DNA from: Geosiphon pyriformis uo1
Lineage: Eukaryota; Fungi; Glomeromycota
Assembly: GCA_016748015.1 (NCBI GenBank)
Contig: JAAOMT010000515.1
Coordinates: 62,001 to 126,000 of the forward strand
Length of the DNA: 64,000 nucleotides
Reading direction: 5' to 3'
The notes under the pieces are model-generated. The model was not told where the DNA came from and did no database searches. It saw only the letters and a list, made by a program, of their open reading frames with translations. The stretch's first letter is position 1; each line of letters opens with the position of its first letter. This document shows, in pieces, positions 38,280 to 52,940 of the stretch. A program made the position numbers and the translations under genes.

Positions 38280-38910
38280 TGTTACTCATAGAAAAAGAAT
38301 ACAAAAAAAATAGTAAAAAAAACAGATAGAGAAAATAGACTAATAAGAGAATAGTATTTAGTATATAAACATATTGCTTAGTAATATAAAGCATTGTCAG
38401 AGAATTATGGCATATTGCTCAGCAATGAGCACATTGTCAGAAATTACAAATATATTGCTCAGCAATGTGAGTATTGTTCAAGAAATTATAACATATTGCT
38501 TATAAATATATGGAATCTTGTATAATATAAATTATATATATATAGCAAGAGTATTAAAAACAGAAAAAATAATTCCAGGAGAATTCAATAGAGTTTTATT
38601 AATTTAAAACAATCCTCTTTTTTCTCTATTTATTAAATCTTATTTTAAGAATAGTTGCTATTAACTAAAATAGAATTATATAAATAAAATATCTCTTCAA
38701 TTTTTCCAATTTATGTTATTGTCATTTGTTTGAAAATCTAATCACTCTTTTACTATCAACACTTCATGTTGATAGTATTTAATACTTGATTACACTAGAA
38801 CAATAGCTCTTAATCATAGCTATTGACAGAATACTAATATAAATAGTTTTGGCTTAAAATTCTTCTTTATTTTCTTTTTTTTCTGTTATTTTTCTTTTAT
38901 TTTTGTATAC

Positions 38911-41900
38911 TGTTACTGGAGGTTTTTGGTCTTTTTTCTTAAATGTTGGTAATGTTGATTTGCTGTGAATTCACGTTTTCAGGAAGTAGTTGAACCTCCA
39001 ATAACTGAATTTATCTTCAAATTATCTCCTATAATTGAACTGCTGGGCTTATAAGTGGAATGGCCAATTCCTTGCCAGTTACTTTATGTAGTTACGTTGT
39101 AGTAAACGTCAACTCTTTCCCAGGAATTGCTTGTCTGGAAGCTCACTAAAAATGTGTAGTTACTTTGCTGTAAAAGTTAACTCTTCTACAGGAATCTTGT
39201 CTGTAGGCTACCCTAACGATTATGGTAAGAAAAATAAAAAAAAATAAAAAAAATGTAAAAGAAAATAGAATTTTGTCAAGAGAAACGTTTTCTATCCAGG
39301 CCTGGAATCACTAACAGTTTACTGAAATTGGTAGCTAATCAATTTCGAAATGTTAGTTGGGTTTTGGGAATTTTCCAAGTACAATAATTAAAGAATTTGG
39401 TTTTTCAAATTATTTGGTATTTATTTTTTTTTGTGTATGTAGAAATGGTTCTAAGTGATAAATCTAAAGTAAGATATATTTTCCAGAAGAGAAAAGCTCT
39501 TCTTTTATACAATTTGTTGTAGTACTAGTTTATGAACTTGCACTTTTTCTCTTTGCCCAAATTCCAGCAAACTAAAGATACATTTTGATGAACTACAAGT
39601 TATTTCGCTGAACTATTGATTAATTTGGGTGAACTATTCATAATTTCGGCGAATTTTTTATAAATTTCGGCGAATTTCTGTAAATTTCGGCGAATTTTTG
39701 AATGTTACAAAGTTCAGGGTATTGTGTAATTTGATCATCNNNNNNNNNNNNNNNNNNNNNNNNNNNNNNNNNNNNNNNNNNNNNNNNNNNNNATCTAAAA
39801 TGATTGAAGTAATCTGGTCTGAAAATTGTTGAAATTTCAGTTCTGTAAGTTTGCCAATGTATTGGACTTTCATTGATTGCAGTATTGGATTTTGTAGAGC
39901 ATTTTCACAAGTATTAAACAAATCATAGAGTCTAAAAGCTGCTCTAAGTTTGTAGTGAGTGTTTGTTGGTCCAGCTGCTGTTTTGAATTTATTGTAGATT
40001 TGTTTTTGTATAACTTCAGAAGTGAGATTTGTTGCTTCAAGTTTCAGTTTTCGTTCATAAAGTGTTTTTCCAATTTGAAAGTATTTATAGATAGGGGTGT
40101 GTTCATTGTTCTGTTCATTAAAAAGTAGTAGTAGTTTTTGTTACATTGTAGCATTTGGTGGAATGTTAATAGAGGCAATTAGCAGATTTTCTTCTAGTGC
40201 TTGCTTCAAAAGTCTTGGTAATCTATTCTCAGAGTAACTTCTTGTTTCTCTTCTATAGGGGTGATAGTTCTGTAAATGATTTGCTACTGGGGCTGTGGTT
40301 TCTTTCTGAATATATTTAATTTGACTTCCATTAATCGTTATAAATAAGTTAGGAAGTGTTTTCAAGGCTAACATTAATTTTTGGGATATTTGTTGAATAT
40401 TTTGGGGAATAATCATAATAAAATTGACTAATTATGAAAAGAGAGAATAAAGAAAATTATTTTTGGATATAGGGTTTTTATTTGTTTTTGGATTTGGGTG
40501 TTTTGTAATTATTTACTATTTTTGTCTTTGTGTTTTTAGTAGAGAATTATTGTAAAATTAAGTGTTTAAGTTTGGTTGTTGTTCTATTATAATTATTGGT
40601 TCTGAATTTCGGGGAATATCTTCAGGATTAATTAAAGGGGAATGTGTACCAATTTGTTGAATTAATGGTTCAGGATTGTTTCTGAAATATTAGTGTTTCA
40701 GTCTGTCTCCATGTGCAACTTTTGCTAATATTTTGTCATCAAGTCTTAACTTATATGATCCATTGTCTAGAATTTCGTGAATATAAAATGGTCCATCCCA
40801 TTTGTTTTCAAATTTCCCACTCCATTGTTTTTCAGTCTTAGTTCTGTGTAAGAGAACTTTATTTCCAACTTTAAATTCGTTAGTAATAGGTGGTAATTTG
40901 TTGTCATGTCTTTCTTTTTGTTGAGCTTGGGAATGTTCAATATGAGCTGCTGCTGTTCTTCTTTTTCTTTCCAGTGTACTAAAAAGAGTGTAGGCTCTTC
41001 TTTGGAGTGTCTCTTGAAAGTTTTTTTCATTGATTGGTTGCACTGGGTATGTTTCTACTGTGAAATTAATTGGTAATATTGCTGTCCTTCCATAAGTAAG
41101 ATCAAATGGTGTGTGTTTCATAATATCTTGTTTTAGTGTTCTGTATGCTAGTAACACTGATGGAATAAAGATATCCCATTCCTGTTCAAAGTCTGTTGAG
41201 ACTTTGGCTAGAGATTCACACAATGTTCTGTTAAAACGTTTTACAAGTCCATTTGTTTGAGGGTGATAAGGTGATGATAGAGGTCTTTTGACATTGAACC
41301 ATTCACAAATTTCTTGTATTAAGTTGTTCACAAAATGTGTTCCTTGATCAGATAAGAGTTCAATTGGGCATCCATGTCTACAGATAATGTCTTCATAGAT
41401 GAATTTTGCTACTGATTTTGCATCTGCTCTTTGGATGGCTCTAGCTTCAGGCCATTTGGTAAGATAATCCACTGCAACTGCAATATAACGATTTCCTTGG
41501 GTTGTGATAGGTAATGGTCCGACTAAATCAATTCCAATTCTGTCAAAAGGTTGTCCAACTTTGATTGGATTTAAAGGTTCTGTGGAGCGAGTTCCTTCTC
41601 TTCTTTGACAGTTATCACAAGATTCTACATATTGTTGAATGTCTTTTTGCATGTGAGGCCAAAAATAATGTTCAAGAGTTCTTTGAATTGTTCCCTCTTT
41701 TCCCAAGTGTGCTGAAGACGGATCTGTGTGCATGTTGTATAAAATTGTTTCTTTTTCATTCTCTTGTACTAATCTGAGTGACTGGTTTGGTTTTCTGTAA
41801 TTTTTATAATAAATTTTGTTATGGTGTATGAAATATTGTTTTGATTGGTGTTGTAAGTGATGTTTTTTACTTGGAGACCAGTTTTCTGGCATGGTAAGGG

Positions 41901-44900
41901 TCTCCAAATAATTTTTAAGATTGCTGTAGTTTCTGGGATCCATTCTTGTTTGGTTATTTTGTTGGTAAGTTGGTAAGTTGTAATGGAATTGTTATTGGTA
42001 TTAATCTTGTCTCATTCTTGAGAGGCTATCAACATTGGTATGTAGTTTTCCTGGTTTGTGGTGTACAATATATCTGTAGTCTGCTAGGAAGTCATTCCAT
42101 CAAGACTGTTTGGCACTTTGTTTAGTTTTCTTTTTATTGAGCCATTTGAGGCCAATGTTGTCTGTTATTATGTCAAATTTTTTTCCATTTTTCAGATATT
42201 GTTGAAAATATTTAAGAGCCCAAATAACTGCAGCAGCTTCTAATTCAGTTGAGTCATATTTGAGTTCTGTTGGCTTGAGTGTTCTGCTGGCATAGGCAAT
42301 AACTTGTTCTTGGCCATTTTCATACAATTGTAATAAGATAGCACCAAATGCTATGTGTGAGGCATCAGTGGCTAATTGGAATTGTTTGTTGAAGTCTGGG
42401 TAAGCAAGAACTGGGGCTGTTGTCAATTTTGTTTTGAGAATTTCAAAAGCTTTTTGTTGTTCTTCAGTCTATTTGTATGGTACGTTTTTGTTGGTAAGAT
42501 AATTGAGTAGTTTGGCAATTTCTGAGAATCCTTTTATGAATTTTCGATAGTAAAAGGCTAATCCCACAAATCCTCTTAGTTCTGTAGTATTTCTGGGGGT
42601 TTAAAAGTTTTTGACAGCATTGATTGTTCCTGGATTTGGTTTGATTCCATCTTTACTAACTATGTGACCAANNNNNNNNNNNNNNNNNNNNNNNNNNNNN
42701 NNNNNNNNNNNNNNNNNNNNNNNNNNNNNNNNNNNNNNNNNNNNNNNNNNNNNNNNNNNNNNNNNNNNNNNNNNNNNNNNNNNNNNNNNNNNNNNNNNNN
42801 NNNNNNNNNNNNNNNNNNNNNNNNNNNNNNNNNNNNNNNNNNNNNNNNNNNNNNNNNNNNNNNNNNNNNNNNNNNNNNNNNNNNNNNNNNNNNNNNNNNN
42901 NNNNNNNNNNNNNNNNNNNNNNNNNNNNNNNNNNNNNNNNNNNNNNNNNNNNNNNNNNNNNNNNNNNNNNNNNNNNNNNNNNNNNNNNNNNNNNNNNNNN
43001 NNNNNNNNNNNNNNNNNNNNNNNNNNNNNNNNNNNNNNNNNNNNNNNNNNNNNNNNNNNNNNNNNNNNNNNNNNNNNNNNNNNNNNNNNNNNNNNNNNNN
43101 NNNNNNNNNNNNNNNNNNNNNNNNNNNNNNNNNNNNNNNNNNNNNNNNNNNNNNNNNNNNNNNNNNNNNNNNNNNNNNNNNNNNNNNNNNNNNNNNNNNN
43201 NNNNNNNNNNNNNNNNNNNNNNNNNNNNNNNNNNNNNNNNNNNNNNATCTCCTGTATGGATCTGATGTTGAACAATGTCTGTTTTTCCCAAGTCATTGTT
43301 GTCTTTTGCAAATATATCTGCAAATTCAGCTATCAATTGTTTCAATTGTCTTTGTTGTTGAGATTCTAAGGGACCCATATTGATTTGAGAGAGTTTTTCT
43401 TCCAACAAGTGGTAGTTTTCAGTAGTGGGAATGATATTTAGATTTGGGAGTAGAGTGTGCTTTATAATTTCGATAAAATTAGAGACAATTTGAGAGTTTT
43501 CATCTTGAAAGATATTGCTGTGTATGATTCCAATTTCTAATTTGTTTAATAAAACAATAGGGTAATTATTGGGGTTGTAGAATATAACTCAAAATTTTTT
43601 CATTCCTTTGGAAATATAAACGTTTGGAATTGATATTTCATGCTTCAAACAGATTTGTTCATTGGATTCAAAGATTTGTTGTGTAGTGGTGGGTTTTGAG
43701 CAAATGTAAATTTTGTGATGTTCTCCAAAAAATGAAATGGTAATTGGCTGAGGAAGTTGAAAAATCTGGTGAGATTCATTTTGTGTATTAAGAACTATGT
43801 TTACTGAGACTGTAAATCGTCCAGTTGAACCAAAACCTTGAGTTTCTCTTTCACTTTTTCCCAATTGTTCTCTGTTGTTTACTGATTGTAAACCCGAAAT
43901 GTTGATTAAGGGTAAGTAAATTGCTTAAGCAATTTTTTTAGCATGTTCAATTTTGAATGGTTTGTCTGTCTCATTCTGTAACATGATGGTAATGTCTCCA
44001 GTGTATTCTGCATCTATAACTCCTCCTCTAATATTGATTCTTTTGCTTGCCAATGATGATCTGGAGGCAATTTGAACCATTGCTCCTGGTGAAATTTCAA
44101 GAGCAATTTTTAGATTGATTTTTGTCAAAGACTTTGGTTGGAGAATCAAAGTATCTTTTCCTGGATATCTCAAATCATATCCAGCATCAATTTCGTGTGC
44201 TTTTTCTGGTCTGATTCCTTGGCCATGGTTGTCAAAATATTTAAGTTGTAGAGGTGGTTGCTTTTTAAGAAGATAGGAGTGATTGGTAGTTCTTCTACTT
44301 GTTCAGATACTCCAAATTCGATTTCATTTTCATCATTCTCATCTGGCAGAGGAATGCTAAGAGCATAACATTCTAAACACCATTGGTCATCACAAGGGAT
44401 AACACATTCTTCACACAATTGAATGTTTATTTGCTCTAATCGTTGAATTTGAGCTTCTTTGGTCAGATATGTGTGGCTTGCAATTTGGTGGTAGGTTTCT
44501 ACTTCATCTTCATAATCAAATCTAGCTAATTCTATAGTGTACTCAATATATTCAGCTTCTTTCATTTGGCAGACATCTTCTTGGGTGGCTCCATTGATTA
44601 ATGCCATTGCTAGGTCAAAAATCATTTTAGCATTATGAGGGTAGTGGTAAAGTTTATTGAAAGCACTGTTGTATGCTGCATCAAATGGTGTTCCTCTTCT
44701 GACTTTTTCCGAAATTGATAAAGCATATTGACAGGTTTGATCACATACTCCTCCTCTCATTGCTACATCAATCCAATTGCATTCTTCTGGTAGTATTTCT
44801 CCACATGTAAGGCAAGGTGTGTTGTTCTATTTTTCACTTCTTTTTGGAGATCCAAATCATTTTCTATGGCATGCTTTGCAAAAGTAACAGGTATGAGTTT

Positions 44901-47900
44901 CATATTCCTCTTCTGGAGAAATACATGCTTTCATTGATGAAAGTTTTTTGTTGCAATCTTTGCATTTGAGTGGAATATAGAGTGGTTGCTTCTATGATTC
45001 TGGTGTAGAATATCTAACTTTTTTCCATCCCTTTGATTCTTTGAAAATCTCTTGTTCGATTTCTTCAGCCCAATTGGATGTTGATCCAAGAGCCATGTAG
45101 GTTTCAGTAAGTGGCATTTCTTTCTCTTCTTCAAATTCAAATACTGGAGCTTTTTTTGATCATTTGTTAAAGGTACCACAGGTTGCAGGTACTATGGTAT
45201 ATTGTTCTTGGTATGAGATTTTAAGTTCTTGAGTTTCCCAGTTCAGGTTTGCATTGGCCTTGAGAAGCCAATCATTTCCGACTAGAACTTGGTATTGGGG
45301 TACATCCATAACAAGAACTTTAACTGGAATGGTGATTCCATTAATTGAAAAAGAAAAATCATCAATTTCTCTTACTGGAGTCTTCTTTATATTATCAGCT
45401 GTGACAATAACTGTTTGAGCTGGTCTGTCTACATTTTGTTTGAGTTGTTGCATCAGCTGGTAAGTGATGATACTTCCAGCTGATCCACTATCTAAGATTA
45501 AGCAAATGGGTTTTTCTTTCACTGTAGCTTCTGTGTACATGGCAGTAATTGCTTTCTGGTCATTGACTGCTGCATTACTAAGCAGAAATGGTGATTCATT
45601 TGCCTCAAATTCAAATGGAAATATATCTGACAGATTAGCATTTTGGGCAATTTGAGCTGGAGGAATGGTGTGGTTAGAAAAGTTTGATCTTGGTGCTGCA
45701 ATTTCATCTTCAAAAAGTGCAGTTTGTTGAAAATCCGATTCCTCTGGTATTGTAAGATAACTGAATTGAGTGTGATAGTGATTGGGTCTTTGCTGGCCCG
45801 AATTTCAGAGAACCAACTGGTTATTTGGATTGATTCTGTTGTGGTTATTCTGCAATTGATTTTGGGGTGTGAATTGGTTATGTTGAACCAATCTTCTTGC
45901 TGGTACTTGATATTGTTGAGTGGGTGGTGTCTGATATGGCTGAATTGGTAAAGGTTGATGATATTGTTGCTGTATTGATTGTGGAGCTGGTAAATAATAA
46001 CTGTTTTGATTTTGTGGTCTTGGTGAATAATAAGTTGGTGGTGGAGATTGGTAATAGAATTGTTGTGGTACAGAGTAACGTTAATTACTTCTGTTTTGTT
46101 GGTCTCTTTGTAATTTCTTACAATCTCATTTCCAGTGTCCTGAAATTCCACAATAATGACAATTTTGAGATTGGTTGTTGGATGATGATCCAAAATTGTT
46201 TTGGTTGCATTGTTGTGAGGGTTGATATCTTTGTGGTTGTTGTTGCTGTTGTTGTTGGTTTGTGAAGTAGCTTTCAACTTTTTTTGTGAGTTGGTCTATC
46301 TTCTTTTCAGCTGCTGAGCTGGTTTCTCCAATTGCAAGGTTTACAAGCTTGGTGTGATTTGCTTCTTCTATTGCCATTTCATAGCTCTTTGCATGTCTAA
46401 TAGCAGTTGCTAAGTCTGCTGGAGCATGTGGATGGACTTTCTTAATCAGTTTGTCTTTTAACTCTGCTATAAACTGATCCAAAATTTGAGCATCAGAATA
46501 GTAGTCATTGGTTTCCAATTGTTGGATTTGTCTAAGAAATTTGTTAAATCTTCCAAGATAGATCATAACAGATTCAGATGTTTCTTGTTTGATATTGCGA
46601 AAGCAGTTTCTAAGAGTGATAAAGGTATTGTTGTCGGTGAATTGTTGTAGAAAAACATCTTTGAATGCTTGTCAGTTTTTAAATGGTTTTTCTAAATTTT
46701 CAAACCATTCTCTTGCTGTTCCTTGGAGAAAGTAGGGAATTGCTTTGAGCATTCTTGCTGCAATCCAACCATTTGCATCTCCTGCTTTTTGAACTTTGTC
46801 AAGCCATTCTTGGGAACTGGTATCATTGTCTTCACCAGTGAATTCTGAGATTTTTGCAATGTAAGCAGTTGCCATTTCTTCTTCATTTTCTGGGATTTCT
46901 TCTGGTTCTGATTCAGTTTTTTTACTTTCCAAGCTTTCTGAATGATTACTTTCGTTTTCCTGTAAGTAATCAATGATATTGGCACTTGTTGATATTGGTT
47001 CCTGCTGTTGAGTAGGATTTCTAGGTGACTGAAAATCTTCTGGTCTGGAGAAATGGCTAAGTGGTGAACTTGGTGTTTGTGGTTGAACAAGTGAAATTAG
47101 AAATGGTGTAATAGAAAGTGGTAATTTGACACTGGTTCCTTGTTCAGGTGTTTGCAAGTGTTTGGCAGTTGTCTTTTGTAGTGTTGAAGTGTTTGAAGTG
47201 GTTCTTGAGTATTGCTTCAATCTTTGNNNNNNNNNNNNNNNNNNNNNNNNNNNNNNNNNNNNNNNNNNNNNNNNNNNNNNNNNNNNNNNNNNNNNNNNNN
47301 NNNNNNNNNNNNNNNNNNNNNNNNNNNNNNNNNNNNNNNNNNNNNNNNNNNNNNNNNNNNNNNNNNNNNNNNNNNNNNNNNNNNNNNNNNNNNNNNNNNN
47401 NNNNNNNNNNNNNNNNNNNNNNNNNNNNNNNNNNNNNNNNNNNNNNNNNNNNNNNNNNNNNNNNNNNNNNNNNNNNNNNNNNNNNNNNNNNNNNNNNNNN
47501 NNNGTTTTTGGTCTCTTTTCTTAAATGTTGGTAATGTTGATTTGCTGTGAATTCACGTTTTCAGGAAGTAGTTGAACCTCCAATAACTGAATTTATCTTC
47601 AAATTATTTCCTATAATTTGAACTGCTGGGCTTATAAGTGGAATGGCCAATTCCTTGTCAGTTACTTTATGTAGTTACATTGTAGTAAATGTCAACTCTT
47701 TCTCAGGAATTGCTCGTCTGGAAGCTCACTAAAAATGTGTAGTTACTTTGCTGTAAAAGTCAACTCTTCTACAGGAATCTTGTCTGTAGGCTACTCTAAC
47801 AATTATGGTAAGAAAAATAAAAAAAAATAAAAAAAATGTAAAAGAAAATAGAATTTTGTCAAGAAAAACGTTTTCTATTCAGGCCTGGAGTCACTAACAG

Positions 47901-48475
47901 TTTACTGAAATTAGTAGCTAATCAATTTCGAAATGTTAGTTGGGTTTTGGGGATTTTCCAAGTACAATAATTAAAGAATTTGGTTTTTCAAATTATTTGG
48001 TATTTATTTCTTTTTGTGTGTGTAGAAATGGTTCTAAGTGATAAATCTAAAGTAAGATATATTTTCCAGAAGAGAAAAGCTCTTCTTTTATACAACTTGT
48101 TGTAGTACTAGTTTATGAACTTGCACTTTTTCTTTTTGCCCAAATTCCAGCAAACTAAAGATACATTTTGATGAACTACAAGTTATTTCACTGAACTATT
48201 AATTAATTTGGGTGAACTATTCATAATTTCGACGAATTTTTTATAAATTTCGGCGAATTTCTGTAAATTTCGGCGAATTTTTGAATGTTACAAAGTTCAG
48301 GGTATTGTGTAATTTGATCATCTTACTTTCTGTTATACTAATTAGATTATTTTAATTGAATTGTGATTGATTAAATAATAAATGATAATTTGAAATGATA
48401 TTAATATACTAATGAATTATAGGAATTATAAGGGTAATTTCATACTAATTAATAGCTAAAATTCTACTGGTAACA
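38911..48475 (-). mobile_element. Ty3/Gypsy family A copy 2 (full length, three assembly gaps)
   Basis: LTR termini at 38911 and 48475; perfect TSD ATAC (38907-38910 / 48476-48479); colinear with A1. Confidence 0.95.
40690..41943 (-). pseudogene. Integrase region of Gypsy A2 (417-aa open stretch)
   Basis: H-H-C-C zinc finger, GIDLVGP, LSDQGTHF, TNGLVKRFN (catalytic E>K), WDGPF. Confidence 0.85.
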
Positions 48476-48779
48476 ATACTAATTGATTAAGGATTAAGTA
48501 CTGAATTATTAATGTCAAGAATTGTCTGGTAAAAGATCTCTGTGAAAAAATAAATACTTGAATTTAAGAATTACTTACCAGAAGATTGCCAATTACCAAG
48601 CCAAGAAAAAAATTGACAGAATTATGATTTCGGAAGGCTATTAAAAACAACTATTGAATCTCTGTCTATTATACAAAAAACTTAATCAAAACTTTCAGAA
48701 ACTAACACCATTATATTAATTAAGCACCAAGTTATGGATTTGTTATTTGATTTAAGACCCCAAATAATCATCTATAACA

Positions 48780-51700
48780 TAATAGTTAATGTTTTTGAGT
48801 TTTTTAATACAGATTATAAAACTGTTTTGGTCTTAATTGAATTAAACAGTCTACTAAATATACAAATAAACATTATTTAAAAGCTGGCTAATAAAAATTG
48901 TTAAAGATTCAAAATCAAAGATACAGATAATTCTAAGTGGGCTGGTTTTAAGAATTGCTTGTTATTTTTACTTTCTTTAGTAAAAGATGAATTTATTAAT
49001 ACCAATAATAATAGTGATTTGAAGATAATATGAGAAATCTTATGAAATATAATATTAGATTCAGCAGAAAAAGTGTTTTCTAAACAATAATACAATAAAG
49101 CAAAGTGTTTTTTTAATAAACAGTCATCAAGATTTTATAAGTTAGAATTATTAGTTGTCAAGTTTGCTAAAGCCTTAAGTATTAAAAACAATATATAATT
49201 CAATTATTTTCTATAAGTCTAGCTAATTACTAATCATAAAAAAGCCTTGGAAATTCAGAGCATAGTTCAGAATAATATAAAGTCAAATAACATTTTTTGT
49301 AGTTTGTTAAAAATCAAAAAAAGTATTATAAATTCAAATTATATAAGTCAAAGGTTATTGAGACTACAATTATTAATACTACAATAGAAAAAAAATGGAA
49401 AATTTCTGTTCAAATAAAAGCCAAATAATTAAAAGCATTCTGAAAAAACTTTTTCACAAAATGGTTTTGGATTATTTGGTGATTAATAAAGAATTGATTT
49501 TAAAACTTAATAAAATTAAAACCAAAATAAATGAGATAATAAAAAACTACACCAAGAAATAAAAAATTCTAAAGTTTTTTTCTAAGATTTGGACAAATTA
49601 ACATGTTCTTTTGGAGTATGTAAGTAATTAAACTTTTTTTAAGATAATAAATGCTATTGATTATAAAAAATTGAGTCAGATAATTAAAAAATTATCAGAC
49701 AAAAAAACTGTTGTTTTGAGTAATATACCTAATAAGTTATAAAAATATTATAAGAATAGTATTCTAAAGTCTTGCTAAACATGTTAAATTTTTGTTTGTT
49801 TTCAGATAAAATTTTAATATTGTAAAAACATGCTTAGGTTTCAATAATATCTAAGCCATATAATTAGAAAAGAGTCTTAATAAATATCTGATTTATTATT
49901 CTAATCAAAATGACAAGAAAAATTTTGTGCAAAATTCTAATAGAATTTTTTTTATTTATAGTAAATTTGAAATACTTTATAGAGACAATTTTTTAGTGCT
50001 AAAAAGTACTTTAAATTCCAATTTTAGTCATAGGCTCTGTAATTAAAAATACTTTAGAAAAAAATAAAGAATTATAACTGGTTCTATAGAATATACACAA
50101 GGCATATAAATTAGTTGGTTGACATTATTTGTATAATAACTTAATTAGAATTAAGATGTATAAATACTTTATTAAGTTTTTTGAAAATATTCACAATAGA
50201 AAAATCAATTGGATTATAACAAATTTTAGGCTTTTAGATAAATACATAGTTCATAATAAGCTTGATTAAGAAATTTTTTCATTTTTGTTATAAAAAAATT
50301 TTTATGATCCCTTGCTTTACAAGATTAAAAGACATAAAAGTTTATGTAATTACAAAATAAATTCAAATTTTTTTACAAAAACTGGCAAACCTAATTTTAA
50401 AGATGACAAGACTTTTTTCTTTGTTGCAAATACTTTTATAAATAATACTATTTGGATTAAGAACTGCAAAGCAGCAATACAATATATTTTAGATATTGTA
50501 AGTAAGTTTTTTACTATTAATAATATTTTAATTAATATAAACAAAACAGTTACTATTTTTATTAATTAAAGAGCTAAAAGGACTGTATTGTCTTTTAGTA
50601 ATTCAAAAATTTTAATGGTCAAAAAGAGCAAATTTTATAAATATTTGAAAATTTTTCTGTTAACTAATAGCCTATTCAAGCTTGATCAACTTATTCAGAT
50701 ATCAGGTTTTTTTTTAATGTAATTTTAAGAAAAACTATTATTTAAAAACAATTTCTATATTTGGTGTCTGTTGTTTTGCAGTTTATTATTAACTATAAAA
50801 TATAATTTGGTTATGTTTTAGAAAGTATGTGTAAAAAATAGGATAAAATATTAAGAAAAAAACTGAAACTTAAAACCAATTTGCTTAAAGACTTCTCTAA
50901 TAAAACTTTATATTATCTTAAATTATATAGTCTTAAAATATTTAAACAAATACTGGCTAAAAATTTGATGACCAATTTGGTTAATTTTGCTAATATAGAT
51001 AAAATTTTTAGCAAATTATTTGAGCACAGAACAATAGATTTATAGATTACTAAATAAATATTTTAGCATCCTTTTTAAGTTTTAGTTAAGTTGTTAATTA
51101 ATCTTATAAATTATTTTTAAGCAGATATGATATATATTCTTACTTTTTGTAATTTGTTTTTGGATGGCAATTTGCTTAATGTCTTTTGGACTAGAAATAA
51201 CATTGCAGTTTTAGATATGTTTGGCTTAAATAGTTATATGAATATAATAAAGTCTCTTAAAAAATTTGACATTATTTTGTGAATCAGTTTTTAGATTATC
51301 ATAATATATGCTTTATATAAAACACTTTTTGCAGATAAAAAAAACTAGATCTTAAAAATTTAATTTCTGACTGATTTAATTTATTGGTCAAGTTTATTAA
51401 AAATAGTAGTTTAACAAATAGTAAAGTATTGGTCTTTTATTTTACTCTTATAGATTATTTTTGTGATTTAGATTATATTAATAAATGTTTGTTGAATTTT
51501 GGGTTAAATAGCATAAATGTTTACATAAATAGTTCTGTCAAAAGTCTGAAATCAGTAAATGCTTGTAAAGATACTGCCACTTATTTTTTGAATATTAATA
51601 TAGGCATTAAAATAAGAGTAAATAGTTTGCTGTTTTTGATTTTGATAGAATTGCAGACTATTGCTTTTGTTTTGGAATATGTATTTGTTTCTAACTCTAT

Positions 51701-52940
51701 TATTTTGTTTACAGATAGTCAAACATTATTGAATATGTGTTGTTTTATTAAGGTATAACTGATTCTAATTTTCACAGTAAATGCTATATTAAGAAAAAAC
51801 ATATTTGCCAAATTATTTTGAAAAAATGTTTGTTAATTGTTTAGAAAAAAATCAAGAGTCATTCTAAAGTTGTTAAAAATAAATATGCTAATTTTTATGT
51901 TAATGCTGTTATTATTTTTGGATTTATATTGCTTTTTTAGATGCTCTGCTATTTTTTTATTATTAAAAACAGATTTGTTTTTAGAAATACTTGTTATTTT
52001 GTTAAAAATTTGTTTAATACAGTTAATTTTATTAGTTAAAAATTCAAATATGCGAATAATACTATAAATATAAGCATTAATATCAATTTTAATATAATTA
52101 AAACTTTTAATATTTGGCATCTTAATAGCAAAATCCACTTTAGTTACATTAGTTTATTGTCAATAATATTTTAGTCTTATCTTATAAAAGCATTGTTTTG
52201 TTACTTATTTGTGACTAAAAGAAAAAAATTATAAAATTTAAAATATTTAAGTATAGTTTATATATAATATGGAATGATAAAGGACTCTAATTACTTGTTT
52301 TTATATATATATAATAGCAATATTAAAGAGAAATTATTATCAAATATTGTCTTAAAATAGAATGAATTATTGGGTGTTTTTGCTAAAAAAAATATAGTTG
52401 TTTAATTTTTGTATAAAACTAAGTTGTATGTTAATCTGTACATATTGCTAACTAAAAACTTTGTGTTAAAGTGTTGAATGGCTAATACAATGTACTGTTT
52501 AGATGCTAAATTTAATGGTAGTATATTGGTTGTCAAATTGGTTTATGGTTTTGCTAAGAGTTATAAATTTGTTATTTAATTGCCAATGACTAAGTTGAAA
52601 TTTTACTATAAGAAGTATAATTTTTTGCCAAGTAATAAATCTAATGCTTTTTTGGTTTTTGGCTTGTTATCATTGTGATTTTTTGAATTAATTTATAGTT
52701 TTAATATTAAATTAGGTATTTATGTTTGCTTTGGATAAAATTTTTGTCTATTTAGATTAAGTTTTGTTTTTTTAAAAAATGTTTTATTGATAAATAATTT
52801 AAGTATATAATACTGTTTTAATTGGTCTAAATGACTGGTTACATGTAGAAAAAACATGAATTATGCTTAATTTAAAATTTTGTATGATTTTATTTCTTTA
52901 GGTAGTGGTTAAACTGCATTTATATAAACTTAATAAAAAA
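48780..52940 (+). mobile_element. LINE C: heavily decayed ORF2 (end of EN, RT, RNase H) with probable 3' end
   Basis: Relics TFINNTIW (AFVDDTIW-like), VYINSSVK (VYTDGSL-like), ELQTIAFVLE; ends in an A-rich tract. Confidence 0.72.

Larger units (their letters stand above)
38280..48779 (+). mobile_element. Family B LTR split by Gypsy A2 (38280-38910 + 48480-48779)
   Basis: TGTTACTCATAG start and CCCCAAATAATCATCTATAACA end; the halves rejoin across TSD ATAC; no PBS follows and the flanks do not match. Confidence 0.8.
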
